The notes under the pieces were generated by a model, which ran no database searches, had not been told where the DNA came from, and saw only the letters and a program-made list of their open reading frames with translations. The position numbers were made by a program, and so were the translations under genes. This document shows positions 31,170-40,771 of a DNA stretch of 64,000 nt, piece after piece. The stretch is from positions 640,001-704,000 of the forward strand of contig OY969585.1 of assembly GCA_963701295.1 (NCBI GenBank). The letters are read 5' to 3'. The DNA comes from Ignavibacteriota bacterium (lineage in GTDB: Bacteria > Bacteroidota > Ignavibacteria > UBA10030). Within the stretch, counting starts at the first letter, position 1; every line of letters begins with the position of its first letter.

Positions 31170-31937
31170 TTACCCGGGTTCACCGATCGTCTTTTTTTGC
31201 GCGACTTCCAACGCATTCATCTCTTCCCGCAAGAGGTTTTCTAGGTTGAACGTGTCTTCTGACGTTTCGATCTGCTTACACATTGCTTCAGAGAGATTCA
31301 ACATGGCACGGACACTAACCGAGATGACATTCATATCCTGTGCAATCACATTGAAGGCTTGCATAAATTCCGCACGCGCCTTTTCTTTCACATTGGGTAA
31401 TAGCGATTGCATGTCTTCTTGAATATTGAGTACCAGCAACGACAAGCTGTTATTCACAATATAGGATAGCGACGATAGTGTTGCGTGAAATAGTTCAGCT
31501 GCTTTCAAATTTTTTTCGCGTGTCTGTTCATTCAATTGACTCCGCATTTTTTCTTTTTTGAAAAGAAAACGCTCATACACGCTGTTGATCGCTATCGGGA
31601 GGTGAAAGATATCTATCGTGTCTTTCGCAAAGTAATCATACGCTCCCAGTTTCATCGCCTCCACCGCAAGGCTCTCAGATCCTGCCGCAGTGAGCATGAT
31701 AACCGGAGTTTCCATTTTTTGTTCATGCATCCATTGCAGTACATTCAGACCGGAAATACCCGGCATTCGATAATCTAATATAACAACATCAAAATGAGAC
31801 ACTCGAAGAAGATTTATTGCGGCTTCTCCACAATCACATGATTCAACAGCATATCCCGAATCAGCCATTGCTGACTCGAGAGCCAATCTAAAGGCATCTT
31901 CATCATCTACAATTAATAACCTTAATGGTGTCGACAT
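31170..31937 (-). CDS. Receiver-domain protein with C-terminal DHp-like helical region (paralog A)
   Basis: IVDDE...LDYRMP...K receiver domain, followed by LSSLSYIVNNSL. Confidence 0.82.
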   Translation of the reverse strand: MSTPLRLLIVDDEDAFRLALESAMADSGYAVESCDCGEAAINLLRVSHFDVVILDYRMPGISGLNVLQWMHEQKMETPVIMLTAAGSESLAVEAMKLGAYDYFAKDTIDIFHLPIAINSVYERFLFKKEKMRSQLNEQTREKNLKAAELFHATLSSLSYIVNNSLSLLVLNIQEDMQSLLPNVKEKARAEFMQAFNVIAQDMNVISVSVRAMLNLSEAMCKQIETSEDTFNLENLLREEMNALEVAQKKTIGEPG

Positions 31938-32020
31938 AGATTTATGTTTCTTCCAATGGTGGATATTATTGTGGTTTCTAAAATTGAACTAAACTATCAG
32001 AAACTAACATTTAAAACAAC

Positions 32021-32054
32021 TTAGAAATCTCTAACATAAATTAGAACTTTCTAA
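32021..32054. promoter_or_regulatory. Tandem palindromic site TTAGAAnnTTCTAA x2 with 20-bp period
   Basis: ttagaaatctctaa-cataaa-ttagaactttctaa; a similar site lies at 40675..40708. Confidence 0.55.
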
Positions 32055-32339
32055 TCTATCCAAGGGGATAGTGCCGTTGCTTGCCTTTCCAATACCCAAT
32101 TGTATGGTTTTTAGGGAACTTTTTCGACCATTTCAACAGAATAAGTCTAAGAAAGCCATGCAAAATGTACAAAGCATTTTACACTACATATCTTTACTCA
32201 ATGATGACGATGCCCTTGTTACCCTGTGGCTGTCCTCTTTCCTGCGTTCATCATCAAATATTTTCTTTTGATCTTTTGCCATTAGATCATTGATGATGAT
32301 GGGTAGTAAGATTTTCTTTCTCAACAATAACTTTAAGTA

Positions 32340-35300
32340 CTATTTAAGTACTAAGAACTTTTTTGTAATCGAAACCCCAGCTATTTCTAATCTGTAGAAA
32401 TATACACCTGATGTTAACTCTACATTATTTTTGGTTTTGGCTATGTCGAATTCTGGTTGATAATAACCTACATCTTGCTCTTCGTCGATCAATGTGCTAA
32501 TTCGTTGTCCGAGTATATTAAAGATAGTCAATTTCACCCATGACTTCTTATAAACAGAATATGGAATTCTCGTGTTTGGATTGAAGGGATTGGGAAAATT
32601 CTGACCAAGCTGGACTATCTCATTCGAACAGAGACCAATGCCGCTTACTGCGACATTGAGTGTAGGTGCCCCACTCCCTGCATTTGTAATGTTGCCATTA
32701 TAATTCTCCACAACAGTTGGAGAAAATCGAACATAAATAGCTCTTGACGATAAAGTATCACTGCTATAGGAGATAAAAATAGATGAATCAAATCCGGCGC
32801 CACTTGTTGTTGACACTTGAAACCCTTTTGATGAGGTTATTGCGATAGTTCCGCCAGCAATCAAATTTGCACCAGAAAGTGTGTATGATTTCTCACGTGA
32901 TATTCCGTTGATTGTCACATAACCGAAAGATAGAGATGCTGCACTAATATTTAAAGAAGCAGCGTTTACACCTGTTCCACTTACTGTCACGTCTTGTGTT
33001 GTCGCTCCCCCTCCATCGTTTGTAATATTGCCGATATAACTCTGCACTGCCATCGGAGAAAATCGTACATAAATCGTGGTTGAAGATAAAGTACTAGTTG
33101 TATAAGGAAGATTGATAGAAGAGTTAAAACCCGAACCACTTGTCATAGACACCTCAAAACCCGACGGAGCCGTCATAATAATATTCCCGCTTAGAGGTGT
33201 CAAGTTTGAACCATGTATTGTGAAAGTCGATTCAGCAGATGTAGTATTTATGGGAACATTTCCGAAGGCTACCGAAGTTGAACTCACAGTAAGCAATGGA
33301 GTAATGCTTTCTCCGCTTACCAACACATTCTGCTCTGACGCTCCACCTCCAATATTTGTGATCGTACCGCTATAACTCTGCACTGCCGTTGGAGAAAATC
33401 GTACATAAATTGTTGTTGAAGACAAAGTACTAGTTGTATAAGGGAGATTGATAGCAGAGTTAAAACCTGAACTGCTTGCAGTCGATACGGCAAAGCCGGT
33501 AGGTGCTGTTATTCTCACAGTATCATTTGCAGGCTGCAAGTTCGAACCAGAAAGCGTGTATGTCTGTTCACTTGATGTGTTAATTATAACATTGCCAAAC
33601 AGCAATGATGCTGGACTCACTATTATCGTCGGTGGTACACCACTACCACTCACATATACACTCTGAGCTGATGCACCACCTCCAATATTTGTGATGTTAC
33701 TAGAATAATCTTGCACTGCTGTCGGCGTAAACCTTACATAAATTGTTTTCGCAGAAAGTGTTCCACCTGTATATGCTATTCTTTTTGACGAAGTAAAGCC
33801 TGTGCCGCTTACAGTTGATATTGTAAATCCCAATGGCGTTGTAATGGTAAGAGAATCAATTGCAGGCGATAAGTTTGAACCGGAAAGAGTATAGGCTTTT
33901 TCTGGAGATATGGTGTTTATTGCGACATTGTCAAACGATAGTAATGAAGGATTTGTTGTTAGTAATGGAGCCGATGTAGATACTCCCATCCCGCTTACCA
34001 ACACATTCTGCTCTGACGCTCCACCTCCAATATTTGTGATCGTACCGCTATAACTCTGCACTGCCGTTGGAGAAAATCGTACATAAATTGTTGTTGAAGA
34101 TAAAGTACTAGTTGTATAAGGGAGATTGATAGCAGAGTTAAAACCTGAACTGCTTGCAGTCGATACAGCAAAGCCGGTTGGTGCTGTTATTCTCACAGTA
34201 TCATTTGCAGGCTGCAAGTTCGAACCAGAAAGCGTGTATGTCCGCTCACTTGATCCATTAATTGCAACGCTCCCAAATGGCAATGATAGTAGACTCACTG
34301 TTATTGCCGGCACTACGCCGCTCCCGCTAACAGGCACATTCACGGTTGTTGCGCCGCCTCCAATATTTGTGATGCTTCCGCTATAAGCCTGCAGTAATGT
34401 TGGGGAAAATCTCACATAGATTGTGGTTGCAACCAACGTACCGCCACTATACACAACAGTAAGAGATGAACCAAAGCCCGTTCCGCTTGTTGTAGACACC
34501 TGAAAACCCGTTGGAGCCGTCACGGTATCATTTCCGCTTGCAGGTATAAGGTTTAAGCCAGAAAGAGTGTATGTCAGCTCACTTGATGTGTTAAGTACAA
34601 TACCACCAAATGGCAATGATGGCGGACTCACTGTCAGTGTGGGTGGTGGTGCAGGAACACCACTACCACTTATCGCAACAGTCTGCGTTGCTGCCCCACC
34701 TCCTATATTTATGATAGTTGCATTGTAATTTTGCACCGCTGTCGGCGTAAACCTTACATAGATTGTTTTCGCAGAAAGTGTTCCGCCTGTATATGCTATT
34801 CTTTTTGACGAAGTAAAGCCAGTGCCACTGACAGTTGATATTGTAAATCCCGATTGTGCTGTAATGGTAAGTGAGTCGGCTGCAGGCGACAAGTTCAATC
34901 CCGTTAACGTATAAGTCAGTTCACTTGATATCGTATTGATGGTAACATTTCCAAATGATAAAGATGTCGGGTTTACCGTCAGAGCAGGTGTTGTAGCGGA
35001 GACACCTGTTCCAGTCACTGCGACATTCTGTGTTGTTGCACCGCCACCTGCATTTGTGATATTGCCAGTATAACTCTGCACTGCCGTTGGAGAGAACCTG
35101 ACATAGATTGTTTTCGCAGAAAGTGTTCCACCTGTATATGCTATTCTTTTTGATGAAGTAAAGCCTGAGCTACTATCAGTTGATATTGTAAATCCCGATG
35201 GTGCTGTAATGGTAAGTGAGTCAGCTGCAGGCAATAAATTTGAGCCTTGCACGGTATATGTCTGTTCACTCGATGTTGTATCAATGCGAACGGTCCTAAA

Positions 35301-37160
35301 CGCAAGTGATCCGGGATTAATGGTGATGACCGGTGAAGTACTGCTGATACCAGCGCCGGTTACCGCAACATTCTGTGTTGTTGCACCGCCACCTGCATTC
35401 GTGATATTGCCAGTATAACTCTGCACTGCCGTCGGAGAGAACCTAACATAGATTGTTCTTGAAGATAACGTACTGCCTGTATAGGAGACATTCAATGATG
35501 AACCAAACCCAGAACCACTTGTGACAGATACTTGATATCCGGATGGAGGAGTTATGATAATACTTCCGCTTGCCGGCGATAAATTTGAGCCTTGCACGGT
35601 ATATGTTTTTTTGCTCGAAATCGTATTCACGATTACATTGCCAAAAGAAAAGGATGATGGAGTGATTGTCAATGTTCCTGTTGGTGAACTTGCATCCGAA
35701 TTCCATACTGATCCCGATTCGAGTCCTGTCGCTGCTTGGAATGCTGATAATGACGTGTAAAATACTTCATTAGGATACGGCGTTGCATTAAACCGTCCCG
35801 GACTATGGAAGCTATTATTTATGGATGTTAAGCCAGTAGTAGCATCAAATTTATCCAAGTTAGAATTCGATTGCTGTCCGGTAACATCGTTATGTTCAAA
35901 TAATATTGTAGCAGAAGTGCCGAAAACAGATTCAACGCCTTGTCCTGTCGCAAAACAGTTTATCGTATTATTGTAAATATGGTCTTGACCTGTTCCACCT
36001 AATTGTTCTACTGTTCCTGCTTTACAAAGAGTGACACTTATCGCGGGGCCAATATCACCACCCGTGATGATATTATTATTATGGGCTACCCACTGTTCCC
36101 CGTGCAGATAAATTCCACCTTGCATCCCGATGAAAGTGCAATATCGAACAGTGTCTCCTAAATTTAAATACGTATCAACACCCGAATCAATCACATTCTC
36201 CACAAGGCAATGATCTGCACCACAAGCATTGTCGGATTCAAAACCTAATCCGCACTGTTCTCCACCTTGTGAGATTCCTAACACGCCGTCCATCTCATGA
36301 TTTACTGTGTCATATTTAAACCAGTTGCGCGAACCAAAATAATTATAGATACAAGTCCTGCTTGTTGAATCACAATAACACGAATCAATAAGACAATCAT
36401 GGGTGCCGGTGGAAAGGAACATGGCTTCATTCATACAATTCAACGTCTTGATATGCCGCCAAATCAAATGGTCGCCCGTGAGAGCTTTCAGTGCCGTCCG
36501 GTAATTTCTAAACTCTAAGTTCTGTACGGTGACGTAACTTCCATCTGCAAAACTACCCTCTCGGAAGATGTGTAGTTGTCCTGGTGCATTGCTGTCATTT
36601 GTCCTTACCCATATTGTGTCTGAACCGCCAGCACCTGGGCCATAGCTTGAAGCCACAAAGCTATCCAGAAATTTCCTTAGGCTATCGGCATTGGACAAAT
36701 AAAACTGAATCTCTCCCTCTTGATGTGTCATTTGCTGCCACGCGCCTGAATAATACTCATATCCATACGTCTCCACCGTGCGTCCGCACCACGTTTTGTA
36801 ATAACCAACTCGCCCGGGAACGGCTGTCCATGTATGAAATGACATATCTCCATAGATTATCGGTTTCCCACCTGTGCCATACGCATCTATCACTATACGA
36901 TTAGATGATGTTCCTGTGAATGTTTGAGATATCTCTCCTTCAAAAACGTCTCCCCGTTTAAGCAAAATATGATCCCCCGCATTGAAACTTGACCGCGATA
37001 TTTTGGTCAATGTTTGCCACGGAGTCGTTGTGGATGTCCCATTGTTCCCATCATTCCCACTCGATGAACTAACGTAATACGTCGTCTGTCCATACGTGAG
37101 AGATACTGTGATGAGACTGCAATAAAAGAAGTATTGTATTTTTAATACCGGAAAGCGCAT
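32340..37160 (-). CDS. Large T9SS-secreted protein: beta-helix head, 9 Ig-like (ASH/choice-of-anchor-D-like) repeats, C-terminal sorting domain
   Basis: Signal peptide ending G-Q; nine units of about 113 aa (TxxPxSLxFGxV...IYVRFxP...VxGxG); QNFPNPFNP...GVYFYRL...KKFLVLK. Confidence 0.85.
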   Translation of the reverse strand: MRFPVLKIQYFFYCSLITVSLTYGQTTYYVSSSSGNDGNNGTSTTTPWQTLTKISRSSFNAGDHILLKRGDVFEGEISQTFTGTSSNRIVIDAYGTGGKPIIYGDMSFHTWTAVPGRVGYYKTWCGRTVETYGYEYYSGAWQQMTHQEGEIQFYLSNADSLRKFLDSFVASSYGPGAGGSDTIWVRTNDSNAPGQLHIFREGSFADGSYVTVQNLEFRNYRTALKALTGDHLIWRHIKTLNCMNEAMFLSTGTHDCLIDSCYCDSTSRTCIYNYFGSRNWFKYDTVNHEMDGVLGISQGGEQCGLGFESDNACGADHCLVENVIDSGVDTYLNLGDTVRYCTFIGMQGGIYLHGEQWVAHNNNIITGGDIGPAISVTLCKAGTVEQLGGTGQDHIYNNTINCFATGQGVESVFGTSATILFEHNDVTGQQSNSNLDKFDATTGLTSINNSFHSPGRFNATPYPNEVFYTSLSAFQAATGLESGSVWNSDASSPTGTLTITPSSFSFGNVIVNTISSKKTYTVQGSNLSPASGSIIITPPSGYQVSVTSGSGFGSSLNVSYTGSTLSSRTIYVRFSPTAVQSYTGNITNAGGGATTQNVAVTGAGISSTSPVITINPGSLAFRTVRIDTTSSEQTYTVQGSNLLPAADSLTITAPSGFTISTDSSSGFTSSKRIAYTGGTLSAKTIYVRFSPTAVQSYTGNITNAGGGATTQNVAVTGTGVSATTPALTVNPTSLSFGNVTINTISSELTYTLTGLNLSPAADSLTITAQSGFTISTVSGTGFTSSKRIAYTGGTLSAKTIYVRFTPTAVQNYNATIINIGGGAATQTVAISGSGVPAPPPTLTVSPPSLPFGGIVLNTSSELTYTLSGLNLIPASGNDTVTAPTGFQVSTTSGTGFGSSLTVVYSGGTLVATTIYVRFSPTLLQAYSGSITNIGGGATTVNVPVSGSGVVPAITVSLLSLPFGSVAINGSSERTYTLSGSNLQPANDTVRITAPTGFAVSTASSSGFNSAINLPYTTSTLSSTTIYVRFSPTAVQSYSGTITNIGGGASEQNVLVSGMGVSTSAPLLTTNPSLLSFDNVAINTISPEKAYTLSGSNLSPAIDSLTITTPLGFTISTVSGTGFTSSKRIAYTGGTLSAKTIYVRFTPTAVQDYSSNITNIGGGASAQSVYVSGSGVPPTIIVSPASLLFGNVIINTSSEQTYTLSGSNLQPANDTVRITAPTGFAVSTASSSGFNSAINLPYTTSTLSSTTIYVRFSPTAVQSYSGTITNIGGGASEQNVLVSGESITPLLTVSSTSVAFGNVPINTTSAESTFTIHGSNLTPLSGNIIMTAPSGFEVSMTSGSGFNSSINLPYTTSTLSSTTIYVRFSPMAVQSYIGNITNDGGGATTQDVTVSGTGVNAASLNISAASLSFGYVTINGISREKSYTLSGANLIAGGTIAITSSKGFQVSTTSGAGFDSSIFISYSSDTLSSRAIYVRFSPTVVENYNGNITNAGSGAPTLNVAVSGIGLCSNEIVQLGQNFPNPFNPNTRIPYSVYKKSWVKLTIFNILGQRISTLIDEEQDVGYYQPEFDIAKTKNNVELTSGVYFYRLEIAGVSITKKFLVLK
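36375..37088. repeat. 714-bp direct repeat, copy 2
   Basis: Identical to 23115..23828. Confidence 0.92.
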
Positions 37161-37575
37161 TGTGGCGAGAGAGAGCTTTTGTCTGCCTCTAATTCTGATG
37201 ATGATGGTTTAAAATCACTCTTAATATTGGAATTCTTCCCTCTGTGGATACGTTATAAAATAACACAATACTGCAGAAACGCAAGTTTCTATATCAAATC
37301 TTAGGATAAGATTTTGGATGCTTTTTAAAAAACCACTTTTATGATTTTCCCACAATGCTTACAAATGTGAAATCACAGAATGTTTGCAGGAACTATGATA
37401 TTTTACTCTTGTACGTGTGCAAAGCAACGCACTGTAATCAGATAGAACTTTGATTGAGGTTCATATTTCACAGACATGTTTAGTGTCTTGATTCCACCAG
37501 TTGCTATTGACATATCTCCATTTTCTGCCTAACTTTTGACGTTCTTTCTGGGGCGTTCAATTAAAACAATATGTT

Positions 37576-38295
37576 TTGATGCATCTCCCCCCTCCACCAG
37601 AATCAGAGTTGAGCAACGTGCATATTAAGATCCTTTTAGTTGAAGATGAACGTAAATTAGCCCGTGTTATCGGACGCCAACTGACACGAGCAAACTATGA
37701 AGTCGATATCGTGCACGATGGACAAAGCGCTATTAACAATATTCTCTCAGAAGAATATCATATTATCGTTCTTGATCTAAATATACCGAATAAATCAGGA
37801 ATCGAAGTTCTTAATGAAATTCGATCAAAATCATATCTTACTCCAGTCCTGATTATATCAGCACGGGATACTGTAAAAGATAAAGTGATCGGACTTGAAA
37901 TTGGTGCCGATGATTATCTCACCAAGCCTTTTGATTCTAGCGAGTTGCTTGCCCGCATTCAGGCAATCCTCCGGCGATCGGGAACACTTCGCACCGCGAT
38001 CTTGAAAGCCCACGACTTGAGCATGGATATGGTCAAGCGAACCGTTATGCGAGGCGACAAGAAAATCAATCTCACACAAACTGAATTTTCCTTATTAGAA
38101 TTTTTTCTTCGTAATAAAAATACCATCCTCACAAGACGCAGGATAGCCGAACAAGTTTGGGGATACAAGTTCGAGACAGGAACAAATATTGTCGATGTCT
38201 ATGTCAGCTATCTGAGAGATTCTATTGATAAGGAATTTCAAAAAAAGTTGATCGAAACAATCCGCGGCGAAGGGTTTATGCTGAAAGATACTTGA
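37576..38295 (+). CDS. OmpR/PhoB-family response regulator (CusR/CzcR-like)
   Basis: LLVEDE, LDLNIP, GADDYLTKPF, LTQTEFSLL, TNIVDVYVSYLR and TIRGEGF; start may be GTG 37618. Confidence 0.9.
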   Translation: MMHLPPPPESELSNVHIKILLVEDERKLARVIGRQLTRANYEVDIVHDGQSAINNILSEEYHIIVLDLNIPNKSGIEVLNEIRSKSYLTPVLIISARDTVKDKVIGLEIGADDYLTKPFDSSELLARIQAILRRSGTLRTAILKAHDLSMDMVKRTVMRGDKKINLTQTEFSLLEFFLRNKNTILTRRRIAEQVWGYKFETGTNIVDVYVSYLRDSIDKEFQKKLIETIRGEGFMLKDT

Positions 38296-38298
38296 GGT

Positions 38299-39690
38299 AT
38301 GGGCGGTCACTCATTTCAAGAAACTCGTGGAATTCTTTGGTTCAGTGGTATTTCCATTGGAATAGTATTGTGTTCAATTTTTGTTTGGTTTCTTGTTTTG
38401 CAGGAATCTTCTGAAAAGAAAATAGATCAAACGCTGCAGCAAGAGGTTCGTACGATCAATGTACTTTTCAAAGTTCTCGTCACACGCAACATTCCATCTT
38501 CTCTGATGATGAGTGAGATTACTCGTCAAGTCTGTTCAGATCAAAGAACGTTATCTTTAGAGATTCGCGACACCCAAGGGAACTATGATATAAAGACAGG
38601 TTATTTTGACTCTTCTCTTATATCCCTTGGATGTGTATCGCTCATGCAGCCAATCACCATAACATTGAAGGATGGTGTATACCGTGCTTATGGACAAATA
38701 TTTGACGGATATTCCATTTGCGTTGCTGTCCAAATGCCTACATATTGGAATCTCCTAAAGGAAAATTATTCAAGTCCTTCCATTTTGTTCCCCTTTTTAA
38801 CTATCGTACTTGCGGTAATAGGAATATGGAGCATCGTTCGGCTTCATCAACCAATCCAGCGACTTGACCAATATCTGCAGACTCTTATTCAACAGCCTAT
38901 TGGGAATGAACTTCTCAAACCTCCGCCATCTCCCAAGGGAGATGTGTACCAATTGACTCAAACGGTAGCTAAGATCGTCGAACGACTTCATGCATCAAGA
39001 AATCAAGCACTCCAATTTTCTTCGTTTGCAACCCATGAGTTGCGAACGCCGCTTTCCATCATTCGTAATCAGTTAGAATCTGCCCTTGCTTCCCAATCTA
39101 GAACCAAGGAACTCCGCAGCGTCGTTGCATCGGCATACGATGAAATGCTCCGGCTCAGCCGAACTGTCGAAGATTTGCTCAGTCTGGGAACGATGCAGGT
39201 AGGAACCTTGACTCTCAACCTCGAAACAATCTCTCTCTTTAAATTTCTCAATCAGTTTTATGATGAAGCGTTGTTCCTCTCACGTCCAAAAAATATTACT
39301 GTCGTCCTAAAGAAAGGTCCGGAAGTATACTTGAAAGTTGATGTCATACGATTGCGTCAGGTGTTTTTCAATTTACTTGACAACGCCATTAAAAACACAC
39401 CTTCCGGTAACCGTATCCGACTGAGCTATCATATCGAAAACAACGATGTTGTCATAGTATTTGCCGATACAGGGATCGGCATCGCACCAGATAAGCTCGA
39501 GAAGATATTCGAACCGTTTTTTACGTACACAAAGAAAAGTGAAATTCATCGAGGCGCCGGTCTTGGTCTGGCGCTGGTCAAATGGATTATTGAGCTTCAT
39601 CGAGGAAACATTACTGTGTTCAGTGAAATTAATAAAGGGACAGAATTTATGATTTCCTTGCCCTATGAACGAGTACTTGAGAAGTTGTGA
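38299..39690 (+). CDS. Membrane sensor histidine kinase
   Basis: Two TM segments, H-box THELRTPL, NLLDNAIK, DTGIGI and GAGLGL. Confidence 0.9.
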   Translation: MGGHSFQETRGILWFSGISIGIVLCSIFVWFLVLQESSEKKIDQTLQQEVRTINVLFKVLVTRNIPSSLMMSEITRQVCSDQRTLSLEIRDTQGNYDIKTGYFDSSLISLGCVSLMQPITITLKDGVYRAYGQIFDGYSICVAVQMPTYWNLLKENYSSPSILFPFLTIVLAVIGIWSIVRLHQPIQRLDQYLQTLIQQPIGNELLKPPPSPKGDVYQLTQTVAKIVERLHASRNQALQFSSFATHELRTPLSIIRNQLESALASQSRTKELRSVVASAYDEMLRLSRTVEDLLSLGTMQVGTLTLNLETISLFKFLNQFYDEALFLSRPKNITVVLKKGPEVYLKVDVIRLRQVFFNLLDNAIKNTPSGNRIRLSYHIENNDVVIVFADTGIGIAPDKLEKIFEPFFTYTKKSEIHRGAGLGLALVKWIIELHRGNITVFSEINKGTEFMISLPYERVLEKL

Positions 39691-39814
39691 TATTTTAATA
39701 TATTTCCGCTGGGATTTTTCCCGTGCGGTTCAACTTGAACAGACTTGCGGAGTTTGTGCACACTTAATGATACACTCTTTGTTTATTACGAAAAACATTT
39801 AAGGAAGAGACAGT

Positions 39815-40606
39815 ATGCAAAGTCCTTTTGAAGAAAACACAGAAGAGACAAGAAAAATTCATGTCCTTATTGCTGATGATGAAGAATCTTTCCGTAAATC
39901 CATCGTCTTTTTTCTTAAATCCACGAATCGGTATGACGTGGACTCGGTAGAATCCGGTACCGATGCATTGGATGCGCTGAAACAACAGACGTATAACGTG
40001 CTCGTCTTGGATTACAAAATGCCTGGACTTACAGGTTTAAATGTATTGCAAAAAATGATTGAAGAGAAAATAGATACACCGGCTATCATGCTCACCGGTG
40101 CAGGCTCAGAGAATATTGCGGCAGAAGCAATAAAGCTCGGTGCCTATGATTATATACGGAAAGACCTCTTCGACCTTAACCACCTGCCGATTCTTATCAA
40201 TGGAGTTCATGAACGGTATCTGTTCAAAAAGGAGCGGATACTGTATGAGGATCTTCATAGACAGAAAGGACATAACCTTGCAACCGCTGAGCTGACCCGC
40301 AACTATATTTCGATAAACGCCCAACTTCTGAACACAACGCTCTCAATGATTTCCATGGTTATGGAAGACACTGAAAAGGAACTTAAATTGAACCTCCCAC
40401 AGGAAGCGAAACTTCATATTGAAGAAGCATATGGGACTCTCAAAGAAAGTTTTAGAATCATCTCTTTTGGCTCAAAGTCCCTTCTGAATCTCACTCGTAC
40501 GATATCAAGCAGACTTGAAGGGACTATTGATGTCCAACATGATATTGAAGAGCTTGATGCCAAGTTGGTCATCCTTAAAGAAAAAATGAAAACCATGATG
40601 AGATAG
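39815..40606 (+). CDS. Receiver + DHp-like protein (paralog B)
   Basis: IADDE...LDYKMP receiver domain, followed by INAQLLNTTL. Confidence 0.82.
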   Translation: MQSPFEENTEETRKIHVLIADDEESFRKSIVFFLKSTNRYDVDSVESGTDALDALKQQTYNVLVLDYKMPGLTGLNVLQKMIEEKIDTPAIMLTGAGSENIAAEAIKLGAYDYIRKDLFDLNHLPILINGVHERYLFKKERILYEDLHRQKGHNLATAELTRNYISINAQLLNTTLSMISMVMEDTEKELKLNLPQEAKLHIEEAYGTLKESFRIISFGSKSLLNLTRTISSRLEGTIDVQHDIEELDAKLVILKEKMKTMMR

Positions 40607-40674
40607 ACATGATGTTTTACTCCTGTACGATTTTTTAAAATACCTTTTTTTATGATCATTACAACAAACTTATT

Positions 40675-40708
40675 TAAATAAGTTCTAACAGACGTTAGAA
40701 CATTCTAA
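40675..40708. promoter_or_regulatory. Tandem palindromic site upstream of paralog C
   Basis: taaataagttctaa-cagacg-ttagaacattctaa, same 20-bp period as 32021..32054. Confidence 0.55.
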
Positions 40709-40771
40709 TTTGCATTCTGTATGTTTTCCCTTTAACTTTTTAGAGAATATTATAATTTGAAATAGGACAAA

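Noticed and set aside
33112-35760. Repeated + strand ORFs (MIAELKPE...) and periodic DNA that could suggest a CRISPR array or separate genes
   Set aside because: They are the antisense frame of the ~340-bp Ig-like coding repeats; there is no short repeat-spacer structure and no cas gene.
23115-37088. DGR template/variable repeat or IS-bounded composite transposon
   Set aside because: The copies have no adenine-specific mismatches, no reverse transcriptase or transposase is in the window, and there are no terminal inverted repeats.
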